A stretch of DNA of 64,000 bases, taken from the NCBI GenBank assembly GCA_963668675.2, contig CAXXMB010000001.1:832001-896000 (forward strand). Reading direction: 5' to 3'. A model generated the notes under the pieces. It ran no database searches, had not been told where the DNA came from, and saw only the letters and a program-made list of their open reading frames with translations. Positions 19,216 through 28,533 of this stretch are shown piece after piece. This stretch comes from an uncultured Desulfatitalea sp. GTDB taxonomy: Bacteria; Desulfobacterota; Desulfobacteria; Desulfobacterales; Desulfosarcinaceae. How positions within the stretch are numbered: position 1 is the stretch's first letter; each line of letters opens with the position of its first letter. A program made the translations under genes and the position numbers.

Positions 19216-19384
19216 GATAAGGATTTCATTTAACAAATATGATGCCGTGTTTCAATGACATGTGTGGTGAATTCGTACGAGTTGTCTTGACCCCAATTTC
19301 ACTGCTTGATAATGTATTTGGAAATTTCTACCGGTTAGTGCCTTTTCCAAAATGCCCGAACGCCTATCCGAAGGAGCCCTCAAT

Positions 19385-19618
19385 ATGCCCAGCCAAGGAA
19401 ATGACAAGCTCCGCATCCACGTGAACATTGAGATATCGACAGCGGCGCTCCAGGCCATCGTTGCCAATGCCAAGCGCTTCGCATCCAAAGGAGCCAACGG
19501 ATCCTACCACATCGATACGGCCGACAAGGTAAGCGAAATGGTGACGCGTTTTTTGGAAGAAAATGACTTCGAAGGATTTGTCAATAACTTAGAGAACTAT
19601 GCGATCACCGATGATTAA
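19385..19618 (+). CDS. Small hypothetical protein (77 aa)
   Basis: AAGGAG RBS, protein-like composition and a beta-strand followed by helices. Confidence 0.7.
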   Translation: MPSQGNDKLRIHVNIEISTAALQAIVANAKRFASKGANGSYHIDTADKVSEMVTRFLEENDFEGFVNNLENYAITDD

Positions 19619-19836
19619 TGACTTCGGACCATCCCATGCGACTTCTTTTCCTTCTTTATCCCTGCGGCCGCTCTCGTCGCTATCGCAACCTGCAAAGGCC
19701 TCGCGTCGCCCCTTCAACTCAAACAAGCGCATTAACATAATGGCCCATTACCTTCCCCCCGATATTCTGGTGGAATCTATCGTGCATCCAAACCGTGACG
19801 CAGGGTGTAATTAAAATTAGCGAATTGGAGAATAAT

Positions 19837-20622
19837 ATGGATTTTGAAACCGTTCGATACTTGAAAGACGACGGCGTCGCTACCATCATGTTGAACCGTC
19901 CCAACGTGCTGAATGCGATGAACAAACAACTTTGGATCGATCTCCAATCATCCCTTAAGGACGCGCGTGAAGACGAAACCATAAAGGTCGTGGTCATTAC
20001 CGGCCAAGGGCGGGCCTTTTCCACGGGCGCTGATCTCAAAGACTCTAAAAACCGGACCGCGGAGCAGTACAGGGACTATCTTGAGGCGTTACAGGAGGTG
20101 TCCAGGCAGATCATACGCTTTGACAAACCCACCATTGCAGCGATCAACGGTTTTGCCCTCGGATCCGGCTATGAACTGGCCCTGGCCTGTGATATTCGTA
20201 TCGCCTCGATAGAGGCATCCATTGGCTCCCCGGAAGCGCGCGTGGCCTCCTCTATTACAGGTGGCGCTTTCCGTTTGATTCAGGACCTGGTCGGCCCTGG
20301 AAAAGCAAAGGAGTTGCTGTTTACGGCGGATTCAATCGATGGCCGTGAAGCTGAACGCATCGGACTGGTCAACAAAGCTGTACCGGCCGAGCAGTTGATG
20401 CCTGAGACCTATGAAATGGCAGGACGAATTGCCCAGAATGCCCCCTTTTCGCTGAAAATGATCAAACGGGGTTTGCATCTGGCTCAGGGTGAAATCAGTC
20501 TCGAAGGGCTGATGGATTTCGAGGTGGAGGCCTGCCTGGCCTGCGTTTCGACCGCCACGCGCAGTGAAGCGCTTGATCGGTTTGAAAAACGCAAAGGGGT
20601 GTCGGGAGATTCGAAATCATAG
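19837..20622 (+). CDS. Enoyl-CoA hydratase/isomerase (crotonase) family
   Basis: LNRPNVLNAM, AFSTGADL, IAAINGFALGSGYELALACD and PE. GGAG RBS before ATG 19837. Confidence 0.92.
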   Translation: MDFETVRYLKDDGVATIMLNRPNVLNAMNKQLWIDLQSSLKDAREDETIKVVVITGQGRAFSTGADLKDSKNRTAEQYRDYLEALQEVSRQIIRFDKPTIAAINGFALGSGYELALACDIRIASIEASIGSPEARVASSITGGAFRLIQDLVGPGKAKELLFTADSIDGREAERIGLVNKAVPAEQLMPETYEMAGRIAQNAPFSLKMIKRGLHLAQGEISLEGLMDFEVEACLACVSTATRSEALDRFEKRKGVSGDSKS

Positions 20623-20667
20623 CTAAAGAGTGAAACGAAATGAGTTTGCGAAAGGGATGGCCATCTA

Positions 20668-22806
20668 ATGGGACTTGAAAGAGTGATGCGCCCCGATTCG
20701 GTTGCGGTGATCGGGGCTTCCAAAATTGAAACCAAGCGAGGCTATCAAACAATCCGCTCATTGCTGGATGAAAAGTATGAAGGACGCATCTATCCGATCA
20801 ATCCGAAGGAGTCGCATATCCTGGGGCTGAGATGCTATCCGCACATTTCCGCAATAGACGAGCCGATCGATATTGCGCTTATCGCCACGCCAGCGGCAAC
20901 CGTCCCGAAAATTCTCGATGAGTGCGGTCAAAAAGGGGTTGCCGGCGCCGTCATTCTCGCCGGCGGCTTCCGTGAGACCGGCCAGGCCGGAAAGAAGCTG
21001 GAGGATGAGATGGTGGATGTCGCCCTGAAAAACAACATCCGCCTGATCGGCCCCAACACCTCAGGCATGCTCAACATGGTGGACAACCTGAATCTGGTTG
21101 GGATGAGGGATGTCCCCAAAGGCGACATCGCCCTCTTGAGTCAGAGCGGGAATATGGCCTTGAGCATCATCACAGAGGCAAAATTGAAGAGCCGCAAAGG
21201 TCTCTCCTACTATGTCGGGGTCGGCAACGAGGCAGACATTCGTTTTCACGAATATTTGTCCTTCTTCCGAGATGATCCAAACACGCGTGCCATTTTAATT
21301 TATGTCGAAGGGATGCGTGAAGGTCGCAATTTCCTGCAGCAGGCCTATCTGACCACCCAGGAGAAACCAATCATTCTGCTTAAGAGTGGTCGCTCCGCAA
21401 CCGGCAAAAAATCAGCCGGATCCCATACCGGTTCACTGGCCGGCATGTCCGAAGTTGCCATCAGCGCATTCAAAAGGGCCGGCATTGTAGTCATCGAAAA
21501 ATCGGACGAGCTTTTCCCCGCGGCCGAAACACTCTCATGCTGCCCACCCATCCGTAACAACAAAGTGGCCATCCTGGCGGACGGAGGGGGGCACGCTACC
21601 ATTGCCGCCGATATTCTGACCGATTTCGGTATTGAATTGCCAAAGTTGGAGGAGAAAACACAGCAGAAGCTACGCGATATCCTTCCGGCGGCAGCGTCGG
21701 TGACAAACCCGGTCGATGTGGCCGGCGGCACAGACTCGGATCCATCCCTCTTTGCCGATTGCGCCCGCATTATTCTCAAAGATCCCCAGGTGGGCGGCAT
21801 GTTGCTGGTCGGCCTGTTCGGCGGATATGGAATACGGTTCGCCGAGTCCCTGGCATTGAAAGAGGAGGATGCGGCTCATCAGATGGGAAAAATGTCGGCC
21901 CAACGGCACAAGCCCATCGTTATCCATAGCCTCTTCAACTCCGAACGTCCCCACTCCCTTGACCTGTGCCGCTACTACAATCTACCGGTGTACGACTCGC
22001 TCGATGTGGCCTGTAAATGCATCTCAGTATTGGCCGAATATGGGCTCTACCTGAAAAGCTACCACGCCAAAACCAATTTTGTTTTAAATTCGGGGAGTAA
22101 ATCGAAGCCTGAAGGCCGCCTTATATTTGAGAACGCTAGAGCCGAGGGCCGCAACTCTCTTCTGGAGCACGAGGCGAAGCAGCTTTTCCGGTTGCACGGC
22201 GCCCCGGTTGAAAAGGCCCGGATAGCCGTTTCAGCTGACGAAGCCATCCAGATCGCAGAGCGCATCAAAGGACCGGTGGCCATGAAGATTGTCTCACCGC
22301 AAATATTGCATAAAAGTGATGCCGGCGGTGTCAAAATCAATGTCAAAGGAAAGGGCCAGATACGCCAGAGCTTCAATAAACTCATTTCAAATGCACGCCA
22401 ATTCAATAAAGAAGCTGATATCCGCGGCGTTTTGGTCGAACCAATGGCCGCTCCCGGAATCGAGATCATCATCGGCACCAAGATAGACGAACAGTTCGGC
22501 CCCATTATCATGTACGGCCTTGGGGGCATCATGGTCGAGATTCTAAAGGATATTGCTTTTCGGGTGCTGCCGATCTCCCGTTTGACGGCCAAGACCATGA
22601 TTGATGAGACCAAATCCGCCCCTATCCTGCGCGGTGTGCGCGGCTCCAAGCCACACGACCAGAAGGCCCTCGTCAACCTGCTGCTGCTGGTATCGGAAAT
22701 GGTTGAGTCCTACCCGGAGATCGAGGAGATGGATCTGAATCCGGTCATGCTGCACGAAAAGGGAGCCACGATCGTCGATGCACGCATCATTCTGAAGTCC
22801 GAATAG
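20668..22806 (+). CDS. ADP-forming acyl-CoA synthetase (fused alpha and beta/ATP-grasp)
   Basis: VAVIGAS, GPNT.G, SQSG, SHTG phospho-His, NPVD, HKSDAGGV and DLNPV. Confidence 0.9.
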   Translation: MGLERVMRPDSVAVIGASKIETKRGYQTIRSLLDEKYEGRIYPINPKESHILGLRCYPHISAIDEPIDIALIATPAATVPKILDECGQKGVAGAVILAGGFRETGQAGKKLEDEMVDVALKNNIRLIGPNTSGMLNMVDNLNLVGMRDVPKGDIALLSQSGNMALSIITEAKLKSRKGLSYYVGVGNEADIRFHEYLSFFRDDPNTRAILIYVEGMREGRNFLQQAYLTTQEKPIILLKSGRSATGKKSAGSHTGSLAGMSEVAISAFKRAGIVVIEKSDELFPAAETLSCCPPIRNNKVAILADGGGHATIAADILTDFGIELPKLEEKTQQKLRDILPAAASVTNPVDVAGGTDSDPSLFADCARIILKDPQVGGMLLVGLFGGYGIRFAESLALKEEDAAHQMGKMSAQRHKPIVIHSLFNSERPHSLDLCRYYNLPVYDSLDVACKCISVLAEYGLYLKSYHAKTNFVLNSGSKSKPEGRLIFENARAEGRNSLLEHEAKQLFRLHGAPVEKARIAVSADEAIQIAERIKGPVAMKIVSPQILHKSDAGGVKINVKGKGQIRQSFNKLISNARQFNKEADIRGVLVEPMAAPGIEIIIGTKIDEQFGPIIMYGLGGIMVEILKDIAFRVLPISRLTAKTMIDETKSAPILRGVRGSKPHDQKALVNLLLLVSEMVESYPEIEEMDLNPVMLHEKGATIVDARIILKSE

Positions 22807-22815
22807 CAGCCCGGC

Positions 22816-23403
22816 CTACTCATTTTTCATGCCGTCTGTAAAGATGGTTCCCTCTCCCGGATAGATGATTCTCTCATCTGCGGGAATGGGCTTCTCGGGA
22901 TCGGGCCAATGCCCCTTTTGCGGATCTGCCCCTTCGCTTGCGAACCGATGGGTTTCCCTGTCGGCCATTTGAGGATGTGAACGAAGATCGACCTCGGCGA
23001 CAGCGGCACTGAACTCTATGGCAATGTTATTGGGATCGAAGCTGTATATGGAATGGATGAAGCCGTGATCGATCATTTCAGATACCCAGATATCGGCTGC
23101 CTCCAAACGTCCTTTGATCTGCCACAGATCTTCATCGCTCTCGACCCCGATCGCCACGTGATCGAAAGCCACAGGCCCCTTCACCGGCACTCCATGATCC
23201 TTTTCAACTACGGGCCGGGCCTCAGGCCACTCGAAGAAAGAGATCATGTCGTGGGGAGATATTTCGAAGAAGTAGTGACGGTAACCGGGTCGTCCAAGGC
23301 CCGCCACCAAGCGCATTTCGAGAAGATCACGCCAGAAGCGGATCGTCGCCCCCATATCGTTGGTCACCATCGCCAGATGGTTGACACCGTTGTATCGAAT
23401 CAT
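22816..23403 (-). CDS. VOC/glyoxalase family protein
   Basis: GVNHLAMVT, FFE, DHVAI and SIYSFDPNNIAIE metal-ligand pattern. Confidence 0.85.
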   Translation of the reverse strand: MIRYNGVNHLAMVTNDMGATIRFWRDLLEMRLVAGLGRPGYRHYFFEISPHDMISFFEWPEARPVVEKDHGVPVKGPVAFDHVAIGVESDEDLWQIKGRLEAADIWVSEMIDHGFIHSIYSFDPNNIAIEFSAAVAEVDLRSHPQMADRETHRFASEGADPQKGHWPDPEKPIPADERIIYPGEGTIFTDGMKNE

Positions 23404-23486
23404 GGTCTACCACCTCATGCGTCGTATTGATATTGCTTTAATAGGCTGGTTCTAATGGTTTTCAATTTTTACGCAGCGGATGCTGG

Positions 23487-24713
23487 CTACGCATGGGTCA
23501 ATAACCTGCGGTTAATCCCAGCCTTGTACATCTCAGCCCGTCCATCCAGCGTGTATCGGTCAGCGTCAGCCGGCACAATGATGGACTCTCCCTTTGTCAA
23601 CGCCATATTGCTTCCGCCGTCACCCCAGGCGATCTCTGCCTCTCCATCGATACAGAGCAGTATTTCCGGGCTATTCAATCGCTCTCCGCTGTCGTATCCT
23701 GCCGAAACTTCGGTGGAGATGGCCTCCAGTTCGAATTCATCCGCTTGGCTGGGATATCTCCTGGATGCGGGACAGATCGATGCCGGCTCAAGTATCTCCA
23801 ACGCTGGTGCGTCAAACGTCAGCACGTTGAGCAGTTCGTCGATATCCACATGTTTCGGGGTCAGGCCGCCACGCAGCACATTGTCCGAGTTGGCCATCAC
23901 CTCGATGGCTACCCCATGCAGATAGGCGTGAAGTTTGCCCGACGGTAGAAAAAGGGCCTGGCCAGGGTCGAGGGTGACCAGGTGCAGAATGCATGGGCTC
24001 AACACGCCGATGTCCCCCGGGTAGGTGTTGTTGAGTCTCACCATCCAGTCGTGGGCGGACTCAGATTGCTTCGCGTGCATCGTCGCCTCAACCAGATGGT
24101 CGATCAACTCCTTGCGGCTCTCTTTGGGCAGTCTCATCACGTGATTGAAGAAGGATTTAAGCGCTTCATCCTCTTCTCCCCCGGAGAGCAAATCCAGCTC
24201 ATGTCGACGTTGAACCGGCCAGATTGCGTTCAGCAGCCCGTATATCTCTTCTGCGGCACGAAAACCGCAAAGGGCGGTGAAAGGGGTCAGCGCGCATACG
24301 CACTCCGGTTTATGCTGATCGTCGCGGTAGTTGCGTTGGGGAGCCCTCAAGGAGATGCCCTGATCATTTTCCCGCGCGAATCCTTTCTGTGCCATCGCTT
24401 TGTCCGGATGGGCTTGAATGGATAGCGGCTGCTCGACAGCCAACACTTTGAGAAGAAATGGGAGCTGGGGGCCAAAGTGGCGAATGGCGGTTTCGCCCAG
24501 GAAGGAGAGCGGCTCCTGGCGGATCATTTCGTGCAAGCTCTGCCAGCGCCCCTGGTACCACACCTGGGACGGCGCCTTGGGGTGCGCCCCCATCCACAAC
24601 TCGGCTTCCGGCTGATTGGAGGGAGACGGTTGGCCCAGCAGTTCGGCAATTGCCGTCATTGATCCCCAGGCATAGGGCTGGATGGCGTTTTTCATCTTAA
24701 GCGGTCTGGTCAT
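23487..24713 (-). CDS. manA: Mannose-6-phosphate isomerase, type I
   Basis: QPYAWGS, AELWMGAHP, LSIQAHP, YRDDQHKPE, HAYL.G and EVMANSDNVLRGGLTPKH. Confidence 0.95.
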   Translation of the reverse strand: MTRPLKMKNAIQPYAWGSMTAIAELLGQPSPSNQPEAELWMGAHPKAPSQVWYQGRWQSLHEMIRQEPLSFLGETAIRHFGPQLPFLLKVLAVEQPLSIQAHPDKAMAQKGFARENDQGISLRAPQRNYRDDQHKPECVCALTPFTALCGFRAAEEIYGLLNAIWPVQRRHELDLLSGGEEDEALKSFFNHVMRLPKESRKELIDHLVEATMHAKQSESAHDWMVRLNNTYPGDIGVLSPCILHLVTLDPGQALFLPSGKLHAYLHGVAIEVMANSDNVLRGGLTPKHVDIDELLNVLTFDAPALEILEPASICPASRRYPSQADEFELEAISTEVSAGYDSGERLNSPEILLCIDGEAEIAWGDGGSNMALTKGESIIVPADADRYTLDGRAEMYKAGINRRLLTHA

Positions 24714-24854
24714 GGAATCCGCTCCTTTTTCATTTTGGGTGGATCACTCCCTTGTTCCATATGCAGGTTTACCTGTCCGGGGCTGCATGGTATAGCTTGA
24801 ATCGTGATTCTGGAATTGTCAAATTGTTAAATTATATGGAAAATGCGTATTGCA

Positions 24855-25499
24855 ATGGCCCTTAGAATCAATGAGATATTTCACAGCATTCAAGGCGAGT
24901 CAACGTCCGCCGGACTGCCCTTTGTTTTTGTCCGTTTGACCGGGTGCAATCTGAGATGCCGCTATTGCGACACCCAATACGCCTACGATGAGGGAGAGTG
25001 GCTGGAGGGTAGTGCTATTCTGTCTCGCATTTCGCATTTCAAGTGCCGGAGGGTGACCATCACTGGCGGAGAGCCCTTGTTGCAGGATGAAACCCCCGGG
25101 TTAGTGACCCAGCTGATCAACAAAGGGTATCATGTGTCGATGGAGACCAACGGCAGCTTGGACATCTCCGTCCTTGATTCACGCTGTACGAAAGTGGTGG
25201 ACGTCAAGTGCCCTTCGAGCGGCATGCAAGCGCACAACCTGATATCCAACACCGAACGGGTGGGCATTAACGATCAGCTCAAATTTGTCATCGCCGACCG
25301 GGCGGATTTCGAATTCGCCAGCTGCACCGTCGAAGGGATAGAGCACCCTTTGCCTGCCGGCAACATACTCTTCTCGCCGGCGCATGGCCGGCTTGCAGCA
25401 GAGCAACTGGCCGAGTGGATGCTCGAAGATGGCAGCAACGCCCGACTGCAGATTCAGCTGCACAAATACCTGTGGCCGGATATCGAACGAGGGGTCTGA
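24855..25499 (+). CDS. queE: 7-carboxy-7-deazaguanine synthase (radical SAM)
   Basis: EIFHSIQGE, CNLRCRYCDT, TGGEP, ETNG and QLHK; abuts queC. Confidence 0.92.
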   Translation: MALRINEIFHSIQGESTSAGLPFVFVRLTGCNLRCRYCDTQYAYDEGEWLEGSAILSRISHFKCRRVTITGGEPLLQDETPGLVTQLINKGYHVSMETNGSLDISVLDSRCTKVVDVKCPSSGMQAHNLISNTERVGINDQLKFVIADRADFEFASCTVEGIEHPLPAGNILFSPAHGRLAAEQLAEWMLEDGSNARLQIQLHKYLWPDIERGV

Positions 25500-26195
25500 A
25501 TGCAGACGAAAGCGAAAGCCGTTGTCCTCTCCAGCGGGGGGATCGACTCCACCACAGCTTTGGCGTTGACGAAAGCGGAGGGGTTTGGCCTCTACAGCCT
25601 GAGTTTCGACTACGGCCAGCGCCACAGGTATGAACTAGAAGCGGCCAGCCGTGTGGCTGCCTTTTTCGATGTGGAAAAGCATCTGGTCGTTCGGATGGAC
25701 ATGACCGCCATTGGTGGGTCGGCGCTTACGTCGGATTTGCAGGTGCCAAAAGGGCGTGATAGCGATGACATGTCAGCGGACATCCCGATCACCTATGTCC
25801 CTGCCCGCAATACGATCTTTCTCTCCTATGCCATGGCCTGGGCCGAGGTAATTGCCGCATCGCGTATCGTCATTGGTGTAAATGCGGTGGACTACAGCGG
25901 CTATCCGGATTGCCGCCCGGAGTATATCGAGGCGTTCCAGAAGATGGCCAATCTGGCCACCCGATCGGCGGTCCAGGAGGGGCTTGAGATCACCATCCAC
26001 ACCCCGCTGATTCACATGACCAAAGCGCAGATCATCCAGGCGGGGACATCTATCGGTGTCGACTACGGCCTCACGCACAGCTGCTACGACCCCTCACCCG
26101 AAGGGTTGGCATGTGAAAAATGCGACAGTTGCATTTTAAGAATGAAAGGGTTCCAGGAGGCCGGCGTAAAAGATCCGACCCGCTATCAGAGATAA
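25500..26195 (+). CDS. queC: 7-cyano-7-deazaguanine synthase
   Basis: SGGIDS, YGQRH, TYVPARN, YPDCR and SCY...CEKCDSC. Confidence 0.95.
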   Translation: MQTKAKAVVLSSGGIDSTTALALTKAEGFGLYSLSFDYGQRHRYELEAASRVAAFFDVEKHLVVRMDMTAIGGSALTSDLQVPKGRDSDDMSADIPITYVPARNTIFLSYAMAWAEVIAASRIVIGVNAVDYSGYPDCRPEYIEAFQKMANLATRSAVQEGLEITIHTPLIHMTKAQIIQAGTSIGVDYGLTHSCYDPSPEGLACEKCDSCILRMKGFQEAGVKDPTRYQR

Positions 26196-26209
26196 ACATT
26201 TGGAGGGAT

Positions 26210-27634
26210 ATGCGTGTCGTCCTGATCCATTTCCATCTCAACACCGGCGGCGTCACCACAGTCGTGCGGCAGCAAACAGAACTGCTCAAAGCGCTGGGGC
26301 ACGAGGTTCTCCTGCTGTCTGGCAGCAGGCCGCCGGAACAGTGGCCCGCCCCGATAGCGGTGGTGCCAGGCCTTGCTTATGACACCCCTGAAACCAGGGC
26401 CCCGGACGGCCCATACGAGACTGCCGAAAACATCCTCCAGGCCATTAACCGCGTGTGGCCCGGAAGGCAGCCCGACCTGATTCATGTTCACAACCCGACC
26501 CTGGCCAAGAACCGGTGCCTTCAGGCGGTGCTCAAACGGCTACAGCAGGCGGACCTGCCGCTCCTGTGCCAGGTTCACGATTTCGCGGAGGATGGCCGCC
26601 CGGAGGTCTTCTTCGAGGAGCCCTACATCGCCGACTGCCACTACGCAGTGGTCAACGGAAGGGACCGTCGCATCCTGATCGGTTGCGGCTTGCTGGAAAA
26701 GGGCGTTCACCATCTACCCAATGCTATCCGCCCGCTGAAATGGTACGACGAAGCACCTGCCCCCGATAGTGGACATGTGCTCTACCCGGTCAGGGCGATT
26801 CGCAGAAAAAACATTGGAGAGGCGATCCTGCTTCAGCAGTGCGCCTTTCCCGAGACACCGCTTGTCATCACCCTGCCCCCCACCAGCGCAGCGGACCTTC
26901 CCGGCTACGACATGTGGCGGCAATATGTGGCCCGCCATCATCTGCCGGTCACATTTGAAGCCGGTCTCCACAACGATTTCCAACACATGGTGACCGACAG
27001 CCGATTCCTTCTTACGACCAGTATCAACGAGGGATTCGGTTTTTCGTTTCTGGAAGCGTGGAGTGCCGGGAGAGCCCTGTGGGGGCGCCTGTTGCCCGAT
27101 ATCTGCAACGATTTTATCGAACTGGGTGTCGATCTGGCACATCTCTATCCACACCTGTGGATACCGATCGAATGGATCGATGCCCAGGCGAGCAAAGCGT
27201 CATGGCAATCGGCCCGGAAACGCTCAGCCCAACGATATGGCATGCCCATTCCAAGAGATCGTATAGAGGCCGAGTGGCTGGGGATCACAAGCGGGAACCG
27301 GATCGATTTCGGCCTGCTCTGCGAACGCTCCCAACGGGCGGTGATCGACCGGGTTATGGCTGGAAAGAAGATGGCGTCAAGAGATCTGATAGCGTTCAAT
27401 CCCCAACTTGGACGTTTCGGATCCGCTCAAGTGAGCCGTGATTTGGTGAAAAAAAATCGAGACATTGTCATGGAGCAGTTCTCCCTCTCCGGCTATTCGA
27501 ACCGGTTGATCGGAATTTATGAGAAGGTGTTATCGTGCCCGGTCAAACAGCGGATCGATAAGGGGGCCCTATTTTCCGCATTTATGACACCCTCTCGATT
27601 CAGCCTGCTGAAGTGGAGCGTTTTCGATGGATGA
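26210..27634 (+). CDS. GT-B (GT4-like) glycosyltransferase
   Basis: GGAGG RBS; HFHLNTGGV, HVHN, R..RKN and EGFGFSFLEAW (E-x7-E motif). Confidence 0.85.
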   Translation: MRVVLIHFHLNTGGVTTVVRQQTELLKALGHEVLLLSGSRPPEQWPAPIAVVPGLAYDTPETRAPDGPYETAENILQAINRVWPGRQPDLIHVHNPTLAKNRCLQAVLKRLQQADLPLLCQVHDFAEDGRPEVFFEEPYIADCHYAVVNGRDRRILIGCGLLEKGVHHLPNAIRPLKWYDEAPAPDSGHVLYPVRAIRRKNIGEAILLQQCAFPETPLVITLPPTSAADLPGYDMWRQYVARHHLPVTFEAGLHNDFQHMVTDSRFLLTTSINEGFGFSFLEAWSAGRALWGRLLPDICNDFIELGVDLAHLYPHLWIPIEWIDAQASKASWQSARKRSAQRYGMPIPRDRIEAEWLGITSGNRIDFGLLCERSQRAVIDRVMAGKKMASRDLIAFNPQLGRFGSAQVSRDLVKKNRDIVMEQFSLSGYSNRLIGIYEKVLSCPVKQRIDKGALFSAFMTPSRFSLLKWSVFDG

Positions 27635-28502
27635 AAAACACGCCTGCAGGCTGCCCATAGACGTAATATTCCCTTACCTCAAACCCCTGAATCCTATCCC
27701 CACCCGTCTTCAGAGCAAAGGCGGTCTGAAACCGCCGATCCGCTGCCTGTTGTGCGACCTGTACGGCACCCTGCTGATCAGCGGCAGCGGTGATGTCGGA
27801 CAGGACCAGCTGCAGCCCCCGCCCTTGGAGCGGCTAAGCGTTTTACTGAAGCATTACGCCATCTCCCAGTCTGCCGAGGAGCTCTTAGAGGCACTGCGTG
27901 AGGCGATTAAAAGCGAGCATATCAAGGCGAAGGAACGCGGCATCGACTATCCCGAAGTACAAATCGAAACGATCTGGCAGCAGATCCTGCCCTCAAAAGC
28001 GCGAGAGGAGCTCGTGCGATTCGCCATCGAATTCGAGATGGTGTTCAATCCGGTATGGCCCATGCCCCATCTCCCGGAACTGCTCACCAGCTGCCGGGAA
28101 CTGGACATCCCGCTAGGCATCATCTCCAACGCCCAGTTTTTTACCCCCCCTCTTTTCGAGTGGCTTGCGGGCGCACCCCTGAATCAATTGGGGTTCAGCG
28201 CCGAGTTGACCTTTTTTTCATATCGGCACGGCATTGCCAAGCCGTCAGACCGGCTCTTTCGCATGGCCACAGAGCAACTGAAAGCGTCAGGCATCGATCC
28301 CCGTCAGACTGCTTATATCGGCAACGACATGCTAAAAGACATTCTGCCCGCACATCGGCAGGGGTTTCAGACCATACTCTTTGCCGGAGACGCAAGATCA
28401 CTTCGAATACGTGAGGAAGATCTTCTAATCGACACGCTTGGGCCAGATTTGATTGTCACCGAGTTGAATCAGGTGATATCGTGGCTGCAACCCAATGATT
28501 GA
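27627..28502 (+). CDS. HAD-superfamily hydrolase/phosphatase
   Basis: DLYGTL, ISNA, KP and IGNDMLKD motifs; overlaps the GT stop codon. Confidence 0.88.
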   Translation: MDEKHACRLPIDVIFPYLKPLNPIPTRLQSKGGLKPPIRCLLCDLYGTLLISGSGDVGQDQLQPPPLERLSVLLKHYAISQSAEELLEALREAIKSEHIKAKERGIDYPEVQIETIWQQILPSKAREELVRFAIEFEMVFNPVWPMPHLPELLTSCRELDIPLGIISNAQFFTPPLFEWLAGAPLNQLGFSAELTFFSYRHGIAKPSDRLFRMATEQLKASGIDPRQTAYIGNDMLKDILPAHRQGFQTILFAGDARSLRIREEDLLIDTLGPDLIVTELNQVISWLQPND

Positions 28503-28533
28503 AACAGTTCCAAACAGGAAAGGATAGCGACAT

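Noticed and set aside
24855..26195. queC/queE as part of a Dpd or Qat DNA-modification or anti-phage system
   Set aside because: Both look canonical, and no DpdA/TGT-like, TatD or ATPase partners are adjacent.
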